From NCBI GenBank assembly GCA_002633005.1, contig NMRA01000183.1, positions 153,640 to 217,639 on the forward strand: a stretch of 64,000 nucleotides of DNA, written 5' to 3'. Below are positions 53,801 to 63,158 of the stretch, piece after piece (positions within the stretch are counted from its first letter, which is position 1; every line of letters begins with the position of its first letter). Under the pieces are notes generated by a model, which saw only the letters and a program-made list of their open reading frames with translations, had not been told where the DNA came from and searched no databases. This DNA comes from Phoronis australis (Eukaryota > Animalia > Phoronida). Both the position numbers and the translations under genes were made by a program.

Positions 53801-56800
53801 CAGAGATCATTTTAATTAGCTAGCATAATGTTGGCTCATTTTGTCAATCTGTCTTGCCACAGGTGAAGGTCACAATGAACAGCCTTAATATTATTGTGTG
53901 GTGGAATCGTATAGCGCGCGAACGGCTCTAAAAGCGTGCAGCCATTTTGTCACAAGTCTTCCAAAACCTAAGGATTCGCAGTCTCCCGCAAAAAATCAGA
54001 CGTTTCGAGACGAGTTGTTTTTATTTTTGTCCCCATTGAAAATATGATGGAAGTATGTTGGTTTTATTGAGGAAATGCAATTGCAAAATTTGACCTGAAC
54101 TCTTAATTTAAAAAATCTGTTGACTGAACTTATATTTCAATAAGTTTTTTGCTTACAGTAACGCTCTGTCAAGAGGAAATAGTTATTATTTGTGGCGAGC
54201 TGGTGGTGGATCACGGTGGAAAATAATCAATTATGACTAAAAGTGAAGCGCTCGAACTTGATCTTGTCCAAATCCGTTTATCGAATTCGGTGGACATTAC
54301 GCCAAATGTAGTTCTAGTGCCGTCCTTACCTATGTTAACACATTGCGCATAAACGCCAATATTCACAATCAATCAACATATCTTCAACGTTTAGAGTGAG
54401 GTGTGTCTATGATTAACTGATTACGTAAGTTCTGCTACTTTTTACCTGAAATGGTCAATTTCATCTGACCTTTGTCATATTCCGTATTGGTGTCCCGGGA
54501 GCTGTTAATTTATTTTGTAAAACAGCTGAGAACAGTTGAGTATCGAGGAGCGTTTCCAAAAAAAAGTGCTGATATTGTTCATTCAAAAGTATAAATTATC
54601 TGCTGTTATCAATATAAAACTATTTGAGTAGAATACAACATATGCAGTAGAGCGTGGATCTGTTGGCTGCTACATGTGTTCAATCAACCTGCACAGTTTG
54701 AACGCACAAAATCATAAATTTTGAAATTCCGTAATATTGGCAGACGAAAGCGTGCACGATAATAATGACGTGACGGAACCCACAATTATGAAAACAAAAA
54801 GTATCTCAGGTAAAAATGCTTGCTAAGGTACGGGCATTATTTGTAAGAAACAAAACTTTCAAATTCCACGCAAAACAATTGTGTTTGTTATCTCTTTGAA
54901 AAATCACAGTTTTGTAGAAAAACATATAGTCAGGATTATAAACGTCCCGGCATTCTTTTGGATAACATTATGTGTTCTTCAAATTATTATAACTGAATAT
55001 GAGTTTCAAAATTAGTGTATGTTTAGAAAAACAATAGTCTTAGTAACGAAGTAAGGCTGTTATATGTAAAAAACCGACATTCGATTTTTATCGATGATCG
55101 GTTGTTGAATACAGCCGACTATCGCTCATGAAAATCCGTCTGATTCCTTTTAATAACTTATTTCTTAGATTTAACCGCAACAGCTATATGAATGACGTCA
55201 GACCTCTGATCACCTACGGTGGTACATGTAACGTGGACCGCTGTATCGTTGAGAAATATTAAAGCGGTGCAGGCTCTTTCGCACATTTTTTTCTCAGAGG
55301 CCAATTACCGTGCTACATACAAATAATATGATCAGATTTTACGACATGTTGTTTTATGACAGCTGTGCTACATCTAGCATGGTTTTAATGAAGCAAACAT
55401 GCCCTAATGTTTGTGTTTGATGACAATTTTGACAACATGAACATACTACTTCCCGTTATACCATGTGCTGAGTGTGAGAGTTGCCGTAATTTGTGTTGCT
55501 ATAGGTCTGAGGCCCTTTCCAAGAACACTAACTTAGCTAAGACCAATCTTAAATTTCAGTCAATTTTAAGATAGAACATAAAATTGCCTCACGTCTATTT
55601 CAAGAAAGAGATCTTTTTTGAAGTTTCTTGCTGAAGTTTTGTCTTAATTTTGAATATCTTACCAGATGTGTGTTTCAAAGTTTTGAAATTGAGGTAAACC
55701 ATGGACTTATGTCAGAAATGAACTTGAGACAGTTTCTTGGAAGGGGCCCCTGTTCAGTTGGCAACAGTCACTAGTTGGTTACTTCCAGACATTTTCACGC
55801 CAACACTATCCAACGTGTCACGGACTTGTTCAAAGTATCGGCCCTGAACCAGGGGCATGCGATACAACAGAGGTACTGACTCGTCCATGCCTAGGGTGGG
55901 CTGCAGTTTTTGGTTGGTCATGTCGACCCAAAACTCACTGGCCTGGAGCATGGGCGGAGCAGCTCTGAAAAAAGTGGGGGCTATAGCCCCCCTCCAGCCC
56001 ACTATGCTGCGCCGCCCATGTGTAGTCTTATGAAACTCTATTTTCGAGGGGTTAGTTATCATTAAATAAAAGTAGGGCATTGTTACCCACCTCTGTCACT
56101 GGAGATAACCATCTATTTCAGTTTATTACAGCAAAACTTTTAAAGGACAGTACATCTGAAAATTGAATTGCTCGGTTTTGTCAACTTAGCACCTGCGTGT
56201 GTTCATGTTGTTATGAAAACATTCCCTAGTTTTTAAAACAATGTTTGCGCCGGGTGCCCTGTTCGTGGACTGAAACAGTTTGAAATCAACGTGACCCTTG
56301 ACCTTGCAAACAGATTTATAATCTCTCTCTGGTTATATCCTTTATTTGTGTATATCCTGGGAGGGTTAATATTACTTTTTGTTGTAAATATCGCAGGACA
56401 GTAGAAAATCTCGTTCCAACTGATGGCGCGTGTATGTTTTGAGTTGCGAGTCCGTTCCCAGTTTTGCGAAAATTAAGTGCGTGTTTTTACTAGTTCTCAA
56501 AGAACTGAAATGTGTTCTAAACACTTTACAGCGGTATCTAAACAAACAAACCTCCGCTGTTGTCCCGCGCTGTTTCACCAACTAGTCCCATTGTCGTTTG
56601 AGTCGTCGAGAATTCGATACGGGCGAGTGAAGTCAATTTCCCAAACAACGTTGGACTTATAAAGGAGTTATTCTGTTAATTATTTAACTGTGTTTACGGT
56701 ATTATTTTCACAAGAAATCGTAGAAAGCCCACGAAGCACATATGATCAGCTTCCTCAGGTGTACGATTTACTGTCAACCCTGCTGTATCGGTGTCTTTAA

Positions 56801-59623
56801 GTGTTTCATTTGTTTCATCCTAAAGGCTTGATTCGAAATAACAGCCGTAATCTCGGAATTATCAACATATTTTATTGCGATGAGTCATTCGTCACTGCTA
56901 CTTTCTGTTGTGAATCGGGGATATCTGCTATTGTCGTTACTGATGACCCAGTGTCCAGTCGCATTTATTCCCGTGTGTGTTTGTCTACCTCTATTTTTCA
57001 TCGAGATCAGGTACATGTAAGAGATAAAAGCTTTAGGCTATATTTTAAAGTGTTCGTGACACATGTAAAATGTGTTAAAAAAAAACCAAATGTCTGGATT
57101 TTCGTGTGAAACTGTCGCGTTTTAGCGCGGACGCAACAATGTCGTTTGCCTGGTGAAATTTTTAAACTGTATCTAATAAAAAATATTCGTCATTTTGATT
57201 AAAAAATGACGGCCACGAAAATATATCAGATCCATGCGCTCTGTGTTCTCTTTGCATTACAATGGGTGTTAAAGTGACACGTTTTAACGGATCGTTTGAA
57301 GTAGAGAACTATTCGCTGGGCTACTGCAACAATTGTACGTATACCTATCCACAATGAAAACAAGACTTTGGTTTTATGATTAACTCAGGCATGTTCTGAA
57401 TCGTCCAATTTTCTTTGTGAAAATATATGTTATTTTTTGCGTTTTAAAAGTGTCAAATCGCCGTGTGCCTGCGCCAACTTTGATTTCCATACTTTATTTA
57501 CGTGTGTGTACGCAGCTTTTTAATCATGACTATTTTGTTTAGTGATGTGTTTAACCTTCCCCTTCGAAGAACATGGGGACGTGTCAGAAGCTTGGCTCAT
57601 CAGTTAAAGTTCTGCTACCTCGGTATTATGAATGGGAAACACGTTTTTTGTCTCACGGACTTGTTTATAAATTGTGTAAATATTGCCAAGTAGATTATTT
57701 TAAGTGAAAACACATTCAGTCGACATGTGCACAGTTTGATTCCTTCATTTTGGGAACTTAAAAAGGTCACAACATTCAGCATTCGTTCACTTCGCCAATT
57801 AAAATCCATACGGTTGGTTTTTGGTAATGTTGTTGATTTTACTATCAACAGCAGGTATGCTGTTACCAGGGTAACCAAATATTGTAATGGGCCACCAAAA
57901 TTCACTGTGGAACCTATGTGTTTGTCGGGTGTCATCTTTGCACAAACTGATAAATTAAAGATATAACCAAATGCGTATATGTAAAGAACTAATTGAATGG
58001 CTCTGTCGACTAAAATCGCTAAGTTGAGTTGTATCAGAACTCTCAGTGTGAACGGTAGCGTACTTGACAGTTGTAACTGCGGAAAATATAACCGGTTTAC
58101 TTAGTGAGAACACAACACTAGTTGCCGCGTACGTAATTTCTGGGTGAATTGTAGACGTTACGTTTATGGTAGGATCAATTCGAAATGGATAGCTGACTCG
58201 CATTTGCGTTGCATTTGGGTTTGTTGAACCCGTGTGTGATTGACAAGTTTGTTCAAATATAGTCGCCAGTCAGGTATATTTGCTGTGCCAGTATCACCAG
58301 CCATTGCCGTCGTATTTCCCTTGATCAAATATAGCAAGCTGCAGCCCGTTAACAGTTTTCAAGTGACGTGCACCCGATCGACCGCTGCATTAGGTCAATA
58401 TTTTGTTTTATTATCGTCCATTCACTTTCTGAATGTATTCCTCTTAGTTGCATAATTAACGTGCAAGTCTGTTCATACCCACCGCTCTAATGATTTTTAC
58501 TCAAAAATAACGCGGTTTACCTTTCCTTCTTGCAACAGATGTAAATTTTGTTTAAATACGGTGTACAATTGATCTAAAGCTAGACTTATTGTTTTCTTGA
58601 ATAGCACTGACTCTGTTTTATCGCTTTCTTTTAAACCGTGTTACTTGTGTTTTGAAATCATAAAATTAACCAACCGTGAATACCAAGTAAGTAATATTTT
58701 CGCAATTTGCTCCAAAACATTTACAGAGTGACTTTAATTATCACCGACTCGACTCGGGGGACAAGGAATCCGGTTCACGAAGTGCTACCGACAATTCCGC
58801 AATTTCATGTATTTTTCGTGCCTCCTGAAGCGCGTCAGTGTTTTCGTACAACTGAACAATGCTCGCCCTGGCAGGAAGAACAACTAGGAATGTCCTCGTA
58901 GGCCAAACACCTCAATCTAAACTGTTAATTCATTTAGTTAAGCGACTCGCTGCATGTATTTGATAGGCCGTTGGGTTATCTTGTCTTCGCTAAGTCGAGT
59001 CTTATTAATTCGCTGCCATTGCTCAATTAAGTTCGAATTAATGAAGTTACTGACCGCGTGTCAGATTAGTATAATTATTACAATGTAGTCACCTCGTGTT
59101 TATACGGATGTGCGTCAATTTTTTTTCGAAACACCAGCAAATATGACCACTCAAAGACAGCCAAAACTATTATTTGAACATTATTCGTCGTTTTAACGCA
59201 GAAATATCGGCATTTGTTTCCTGGAAGTTGATGGAAGAGTGATCAACTGGACACGTTCATACTTGTACTCAGCAAACTGTTCAGGCTGTAATAAAATTTA
59301 CTAAAATGCTTGTGTCCTCTGATCCCTGAACACACTATACTAAGTCAGTGTTGTATACCGAAGGAGGAATTGTTTGGAAAATGGGTTCGAGGTTTTCTTA
59401 CCAAGTCAGATTATTCCTTCAACGTCTATGTGTTATAAATGTTAGGACTTTATTATTTTTGTGTCCGATATACAAATGTGTGTTTGTTTGTCTGAATATC
59501 GAAGAAACAGGTGAGAAATTCGTCAACAGCGTTTTTATGATTACAGGGAAATTTTTGGACAAGGGAGTTTTGGAGGATCACGTGAAAAAGTGCATCTTTG
59601 CTTCAACTTCGCTGGAAATGTAA
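2775..59623 (+). CDS. ZNG1: ZNG1/CBWD (COG0523 family Zn-regulated GTPase metallochaperone), 5'-partial, 12 coding exons: 2775-2871, 3680-3771, 5186-5245, 5830-5867, 11527-11570, 30414-30500, 31138-31182, 34504-34560, 38230-38287, 42045-42179, 51319-51445, 59547-59623
   Basis: Manual splicing at AG/GT boundaries gives one continuous frame of about 305 aa: [96 protein letters not shown]-...[19 protein letters not shown]...KLLWEK...RMKG...LVFIG-KFLDK...*. It contains the GCxCC Zn motif, the ETTG Walker B region, the NKxD G4 motif and a CobW_C domain, and is collinear with human CBWD1 as I recall it. The Walker A exon was not found and is presumably upstream of the window. Confidence 0.95.
2988..3222. 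mobile_element. MITE with hAT-like TIRs
   Basis: CAGGGCTTGGAAT ... ATTCTAAGCCCTA terminal inverted repeats; non-coding interior. Confidence 0.55.
3680..3771 (+). CDS. ZNG1: ZNG1 exon with Walker B ([10 protein letters not shown])
   Basis: cttcag|A GAC AAT...GAT CCT G|gtaagt; [30 protein letters not shown]. Confidence 0.95.
3748..3980 (+). repeat. Tandem duplications (62/46/62 bp) of the exon end plus splice donor
   Basis: GATC(C/T)TG|GTAAGT repeated with GT at 3772, 3834, 3880, 3942. Confidence 0.9.
5186..5245 (+). CDS. ZNG1: ZNG1 exon
   Basis: ctctttttcag|TG CCC...GAT G|gtaagg; [20 protein letters not shown]. Confidence 0.95.
5830..5867 (+). CDS. ZNG1: ZNG1 exon
   Basis: cttttccag|GA ATT...CAG|gttggg; [13 protein letters not shown]. 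Confidence 0.93.
7315..7392. repeat. 26-bp tandem repeat x3
   Basis: CAGTCGCATCCAATGGGATG... at 7315, 7341, 7367; each unit has an internal CATCC/GGATG inverted pair. Confidence 0.85.
11527..11570 (+). CDS. ZNG1: ZNG1 exon
   Basis: ttttgcag|AAG TTG...GTC AG|gtatga; [14 protein letters not shown](R); phases match both neighbours. Confidence 0.9.
13945..15324 (+). mobile_element. Young non-autonomous Helentron-associated element (HINE/DINE-1/pearl-like)
   Basis: T-run, then subTIR ATGCGCCCAC (13951) with local inverted copy GTGGACGCAT (13971), (GTCC)n microsatellite 13993-14007, ~150-bp core repeats, 3' subTIR GTGGGCGCAT (15291) and terminal hairpin CAACGC-TCT-GCGTTG-CTCTTGT. Pairing of the ends spans an N gap, so it is inferred. 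Confidence 0.8.
14542..15082. other. Assembly gap (541 N)
   Basis: Run of N inside the repeat array. Confidence 1.
17892..18862. mobile_element. Non-autonomous DNA transposon (MITE) with 5-bp target-site duplication
   Basis: Ends CATAGGCGAATTTAGG...(G-run)GGCCC and GGGCCCCCCC...CCTAGATCCGCCACTG are imperfect inverted repeats; ATAAC flanks both sides (17887-17891, 18863-18867); CpG-rich relative to the flanks. Confidence 0.75.
18566..18638 (+). other. tRNA-derived sequence (pseudo-tRNA or SINE head) inside the MITE
   Basis: A box TGGTGTAGTGG and B box GAGTTCGAGTC at tRNA-like spacing; acceptor stem does not pair. Confidence 0.6.
19860..20151. repeat. ~42-bp minisatellite, ~7 copies
   Basis: GTATCCATGCACTGTCAGGGTGCAAT...GTACCTCT units; explains the repetitive ORF at 19668-20135. 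Confidence 0.93.
24229..24298. repeat. (ATATAAGGTA)n 10-bp repeat x7
   Basis: Direct reading. Confidence 0.95.
25750..25930. repeat. 78-bp tandem duplication x2.3
   Basis: ACTAGAACTATGAAACAACAAAAT at 25750, 25828, 25906. Confidence 0.9.
26231..27402. mobile_element. ~1.17-kb non-autonomous TIR element (possibly PIF/Harbinger-ISL2EU group)
   Basis: Left AT|AGCTCACTTGCGAGTTT...CTGTGACGTCAC...GGGGCAAAA is mirrored by right TTTTGCCCC...GTGACGTCACAG...AAACTCGCAAAAGGCCT|AT; AT flanks both ends; CpG-rich island in a CpG-poor intron. The superfamily is a guess. Confidence 0.7.
28066..28169. repeat. ~100-bp imperfect hairpin (mini-MITE-like)
   Basis: AAGAACTAACAGTTTCTTATTTCATCAGAC ... GTCTGAAAAAATAAGAAACTGTTAGTTCTT. 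Confidence 0.75.
28517..28744. mobile_element. ~230-bp MITE
   Basis: CATTGCTACAGTAGGGACAAAACT ... ACTTTAGTCCCAGTGTAGTAATG inverted termini. Confidence 0.6.
30414..30500 (+). CDS. ZNG1: ZNG1 exon with G4 motif NKTD
   Basis: ttttttcttgcag|G CAA ATT...ATA AG|gtttgt; [28 protein letters not shown]. Confidence 0.95.
31138..31182 (+). CDS. ZNG1: ZNG1 exon
   Basis: ctttcag|C TCA ATT AAC...AGT CA|gtaagt; [14 protein letters not shown](Q). Confidence 0.92.
31290..32000 (+). mobile_element. Degenerate HINE-like core-repeat array
   Basis: ~150-bp units with motif remnants at ~31362, 31491, 31642, 31817, 31952 (GTGCCCTCTAGTGGTAA). Confidence 0.6.
32100..32177. repeat. 39-bp tandem duplication
   Basis: AGACTGTGGCTGCAGATCAACACTCGGCATTACTCTTGT x2. 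Confidence 0.9.
33433..33604. repeat. Long near-perfect inverted repeat (76-bp arms, 20-bp loop)
   Basis: 33433-33508 is the reverse complement of 33529-33604 with two mismatches seen. Confidence 0.9.
33955..34065. repeat. 20-bp minisatellite x5.5
   Basis: CTGAGACAATGTGTTATTAC units. Confidence 0.92.
34504..34560 (+). CDS. ZNG1: ZNG1 exon
   Basis: gtctttag|G TGT GAC...TAC AG|gtaaga; [18 protein letters not shown], similar to human VDLSNVLDLHAF. Confidence 0.92.
38230..38287 (+). CDS. ZNG1: ZNG1 linker exon
   Basis: taatttcag|T GTG GAA...CCT ATC|gtaagt; [20 protein letters not shown]; strong splice sites and the required phase 2 to 0, but the protein sequence is poorly conserved. Confidence 0.75.
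41414..41598. repeat. Diverged ~107-bp tandem duplication with CRE-like GACGTCA
   Basis: AAGCAC(T/G)ATATCGA(T/C)GACGTCACA...CTCTGTGCA...CTAATGAACACCCT at 41414 and 41521. Confidence 0.8.
42045..42179 (+). CDS. ZNG1: ZNG1 exon (CobW_C domain start)
   Basis: cctttccag|GGA GTC...ATG AAG|gtacct; [45 protein letters not shown]. Confidence 0.95.
43841..45864. repeat. ~1-kb near-identical tandem duplication joined at a single N, each copy ending in a 16-bp minisatellite (AGTGCCATTGTAGCGC)n
   Basis: CTTAAACTTTCTATTCAAAG starts at both 43841 and 44830; N at 44829; minisatellites at ~44705-44828 and ~45680-45864. Confidence 0.93.
49510..49585 (+). mobile_element. Degenerate tRNA-derived SINE head
   Basis: A-box-like TGGCCTAGCGG and B-box-like GGTTTAAATCC at tRNA spacing. 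Confidence 0.4.
51319..51445 (+). CDS. ZNG1: ZNG1 exon (CobW_C domain)
   Basis: tatttcag|GGA TCT...ATC G|gtaatt; [42 protein letters not shown]. Confidence 0.95.
52346..52406. repeat. 30-bp tandem duplication
   Basis: GTGATCAGCTCTCACAGTTTCCCTGTTACC x2. Confidence 0.9.
55510..55751. mobile_element. ~240-bp MITE
   Basis: AGGCCCTTTCCAAGAAC ... GTTTCTTGGAAGGGGCCCCT inverted termini; AT-rich interior. Confidence 0.55.
55949..56020. mobile_element. 72-bp GC-rich mini-MITE
   Basis: CATGGGCGGAGCAG ... CTGCGCCGCCCATG termini; central palindrome GGGGGCTATAGCCCCC. Confidence 0.6.
59547..59623 (+). CDS. ZNG1: ZNG1 last coding exon
   Basis: gattacag|GG AAA TTT TTG GAC...ATG TAA; (G)[24 protein letters not shown], similar to human GRNLDKDIL. 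Confidence 0.88.
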
Positions 59624-60404
59624 GATGGGTTTTTGAACTCTTGAGGAAATGTGCGACATTAGCGCTGCACTTGAAACTGCGTTTGGGACCCTGGGCTTCT
59701 GTCGTCAACGAAACGCGATGGTGACGTAGTGTTAGGGAGCGTGGAAAAGAGAATCGGGCCATCTGTCATCTTCCAGGCATTGCACGAGCATAGATTCGTT
59801 GAGGCTGAAATACAAGATATTTGTGACAGCCTTGTTGGTGAACATTTTTTCTACAATTTTAAACATTTCAGCTTTAGTTCTCAGGTTTGATGTTAAAGTT
59901 GTTAAAATTCAGTCTGAAGCGATTTTTAATGTTATGCACCGAAGGTACGGAGCCTCTCCAACTCGGACGGGCGCATGCGCTTGCCTTATTCAAAAGTAAC
60001 ACGTGAAAAATTTAATGTACTTCTTTATTGGCAGTCAAATACCAATGGTGTCAACTTGTTTGTGGAAAAGTAAAACATTGTGAAATCTAGGGATTTTTTA
60101 TTCCAACTCCAAGGTACTTGTAGTCAAAACCAGTCAAAAGTGGGAAAAACTAGGATACAGCAAGTTTAGCTGAGGACTCATTGGATTATAAATTCTAGAT
60201 TGGTTATTTCCATGGTTTAATGTCTTTGTAACTGTTCAAATGGTATTTATTTACATAGCTGTTATGGTCGTAACATTTTCATAACCTCTGTTGTGTTTGA
60301 TAGTGATGTTGGAATACATTATTTATGTTTTGCAAATGACCTCAGACAAATAGACATTGTTTTTCTACTCTGGATTTTAAAATTCTTGAATTGTTCATGT
60401 GGTG

Positions 60405-60536
60405 AATAAACTTCATATTGTGGTCTTGTTGTGATCTTTACCCTTGAACACTTTTATTCCGCTTGAAATAGTTTTACCATTCCTGTTTATTTTCGATGTG
60501 TAAGTCATTAGAAAACAGTTAACATCTTTAAATAAA
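60405..60536 (+). terminator. Candidate ZNG1 polyadenylation signals (AATAAA at ~60405 and ~60531)
   Basis: Two AATAAA hexamers 0.8-0.9 kb after the stop, followed by GT/T-rich sequence. Confidence 0.45.
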
Positions 60537-61787
60537 TTCACTATCAATATTTGTGTTTCGCCTACTCTTCTTCAAATGTCAGATGGGCGTTCTTCACTCC
60601 ACCTGATTCATGTATCAGTTAGCCTAAGTTGTTGATACCAGGTGAAATGAACACATTTGAAAGCGCATTTCTGATGAGTGTATACACAATCGCTCTAATG
60701 TGTAAAGTTGACTTTCAAACGATGGTTTTTAAATGATTACTTTGATTTCAAAATCTATTTAAATTATTCTGTTGGGGATTGAGTATCTGCAAAAATGCTT
60801 TGGCGAACGTAGACAAGGTCTGTCTGTGTAAGAGCCGATCTATTATTTGCGAGCCATGGCTGTGTAACGTTCATTCAGACTTTTTTCCAGTTGTAACAAG
60901 AAAGCCACCCCTAGTCGTTGTGCCCTACCGATGAATTTATCACTAATATACAGGAATAAGTTCGTATTACTGTCAAGTCTTTTGAAAGAAATGTTTTAAC
61001 CTGTGTAATTTCCTTTGTGCATCTGACTTATCTCTTCACTTTTCCGTTGGGATTATTTCACAATTTACGCTTCTCTGCTTTATTCCGTTTGACGACTGGT
61101 GGTCGCCCTCCTCTTTGGGTTGTTTTCTCTGGCCTAGCCGGTTCATTTACTATAAAACATTCCCGAACAAATGTCCCGCTGTGGCAGTGTGTACTTTCAC
61201 ACTCGCAGATGTCAACAGGAATCGAGTATCGTTTATGACATTCTTTTAGCTGGATTTATTTGACAGACACGTGTTTGTGTATTCTGCTAAGAGATTTTTT
61301 TGTACATGTGCAATGTTTTTACAAAAACACTCGGAGTTTTAATCCAGTAAGTCAATGGTCCCCGAAGATTTTGTTAAAATTTGAAAAAATATTAAACAAT
61401 GGTTGTATTAATGCCGGTGTGTTATTGATTTTAATAATCGAAATACACTATATTTTCCCTGCTCATCTCAATATTTTGCTTGTTAGTATCCAAATTACGT
61501 GTGAAAAAATATTTAACCTGGTGAATTTTTCAAAATCTTTTAGCTATGAGAGCTTATCCAGAGTTGCGAAAACGTTTAATTCACATAAATACTATTGTTT
61601 TTATCCAAATGGTGTGTTGTGGAGTTTGTTATGAAATACTAAATTTTCCATTCGTTTCTTGCAGTTCAGTCTAATTGTTATAACTTCCTGATCCTTACTC
61701 TAAATCCCTCACCCAAACACATGTGCTCGCGTTTGCGAATGAAGTATAATGTATTTATTTGTGAAGTAAATCACGCAATTACCCAAG

Positions 61788-61925
61788 TAGGCGTGGTTAC
61801 GGTCACTCACAGATGATAATAGCGTAATGGAGGCGTGGTCTTTATCTCTATTGGTTGCTTGTGAAGAGGAAGAGGAAACCTTGGTGCTCTAAGTATTTAT
61901 GAACGCAGTGTGGGTGGCCAGTTAC
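61788..61925 (+). promoter_or_regulatory. Candidate FoxD core promoter
   Basis: Two GGCGTGG Sp/KLF-type boxes (~61790, ~61832), reverse CCAAT (ATTGG ~61850), TATA-like TATTTAT at 61894-61900, Inr-like CCAGTT ~61918, about 90 bp before the ATG. Confidence 0.6.
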
Positions 61926-62012
61926 TCAAGTATCTGCTAACGAAGTTAGAGCTGTTTTGTGCGATCTCCGTCCTTTGCCAGGGACTCGTATTTTTGCCTT
62001 ATAGCTGAGGCG

Positions 62013-63158
62013 ATGCGTTTTGACATGTTGTCCTCTCACTTGGTCTCCGAGCAGATTCCCGCGCCGGAGGGTCTCGCTGCGGACAGCAGCCGACACCTAC
62101 CTGCTAGCCCTGAGAGAGCCGAGCCCCTACCCAGCCCAACTGAACATGACGCCAAAGAGAAGTGCATGAAGATATCGACAATGGACCGAACAAACAGTCC
62201 AGCGTCCTCTGTTGACGGCGATATTAATCTTGAGGATGGTGAAGAGGATGCACCACTGAGCCCCGTATCGTCTAATTCCGGAAAAGGTAACTTGGTGAAG
62301 CCGCCGTATTCCTATATTGCGCTAATAACCATGTCGATTTTACAATCGCCGAGGAAAAGACTGACTTTAAGTGGTATATGCGAGTTCATCATGAACCGAT
62401 TTCCCTACTACAGGGAGAAATTCCCTGCATGGCAGAACAGTATTCGCCATAACTTGTCCTTGAATGACTGCTTCATCAAAATACCTCGAGAACCAGGGAA
62501 CCCCGGTAAAGGCAATTATTGGACCCTAGACCCTGCCTCAGAGGATATGTTCGACAATGGCAGCTTCTTACGCCGTAGGAAGCGCTTCAAGCGTCAGGGA
62601 CTGGAGATGATGCACCAACAAGCTGCGTTTATGGGCGCCGCGGACCCGTACCATCACGGATTTTTATTTCACCAACATCACACCCAACACCCAGCTCTGG
62701 GTTTACACTCATTCCACCCTTACATGTCGCCTTTGCCGCCACCAATACCACTGCCGTTACCAACAAACGCTGATCTCAGTAGATTACACTTGAGCTACGG
62801 AGTACACTCAGCGGCGGCGGCGGCCGCGTCGCTGTCTGTGCCGGCACCGCTACCAACCAGCGTCACATCAGTTGCCAGCTCTTCGTCGTTACGAGGTGGG
62901 TTTACTATTGACAGTATTATGGGAAAGGACTGTAGTAAAAGTACCTCATCTTCACCAACATCATTCCGACCCGTGACTGCGTCATTGGCGTCGACGCCGA
63001 CAGCGACAGTTTCATCAACTCTTATGAAGCCTCTGGAGACACTAATCAGGCCTGGTAACAGTGCTTTCACAGCTCCGTTGCCTCTGCAACTACCATTGAT
63101 AGACAGTGAAAAATATAGACATTACATGCAATCTTGTCTATCGTTATACCATCGATAA
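62013..63158 (+). CDS. FoxD: Forkhead box D transcription factor, intronless (381 aa from the first ATG; alternative ATG at 62025)
   Basis: Forkhead domain [99 protein letters not shown] (~62298-62594) is FoxD-diagnostic; acidic patch before it; eh1/Groucho motif FTIDSIMG at 62901-62924; His/Pro/Ala-rich region. The ORF track start at 61959 is a GTG and is unlikely to be used. Confidence 0.97.
   Translation: MRFDMLSSHLVSEQIPAPEGLAADSSRHLPASPERAEPLPSPTEHDAKEKCMKISTMDRTNSPASSVDGDINLEDGEEDAPLSPVSSNSGKGNLVKPPYSYIALITMSILQSPRKRLTLSGICEFIMNRFPYYREKFPAWQNSIRHNLSLNDCFIKIPREPGNPGKGNYWTLDPASEDMFDNGSFLRRRKRFKRQGLEMMHQQAAFMGAADPYHHGFLFHQHHTQHPALGLHSFHPYMSPLPPPIPLPLPTNADLSRLHLSYGVHSAAAAAASLSVPAPLPTSVTSVASSSSLRGGFTIDSIMGKDCSKSTSSSPTSFRPVTASLASTPTATVSSTLMKPLETLIRPGNSAFTAPLPLQLPLIDSEKYRHYMQSCLSLYHR

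Noticed and set aside
657-61634. The many 60-150 aa ORFs in the supplied track
   Set aside because: They lie in introns or repeats, often start at GTG/TTG and show no recognisable domain. A few (4990, 5694, 38213, 59348) merely overlap real ZNG1 exons in frame.
62795-63070. Antisense 91-aa ORF
   Set aside because: Shadow of the GC-rich FoxD coding strand.
51446-63158. Idea that FoxD is nested in a ZNG1 intron
   Set aside because: A plausible terminal ZNG1 exon with a stop (59547-59623) precedes FoxD.
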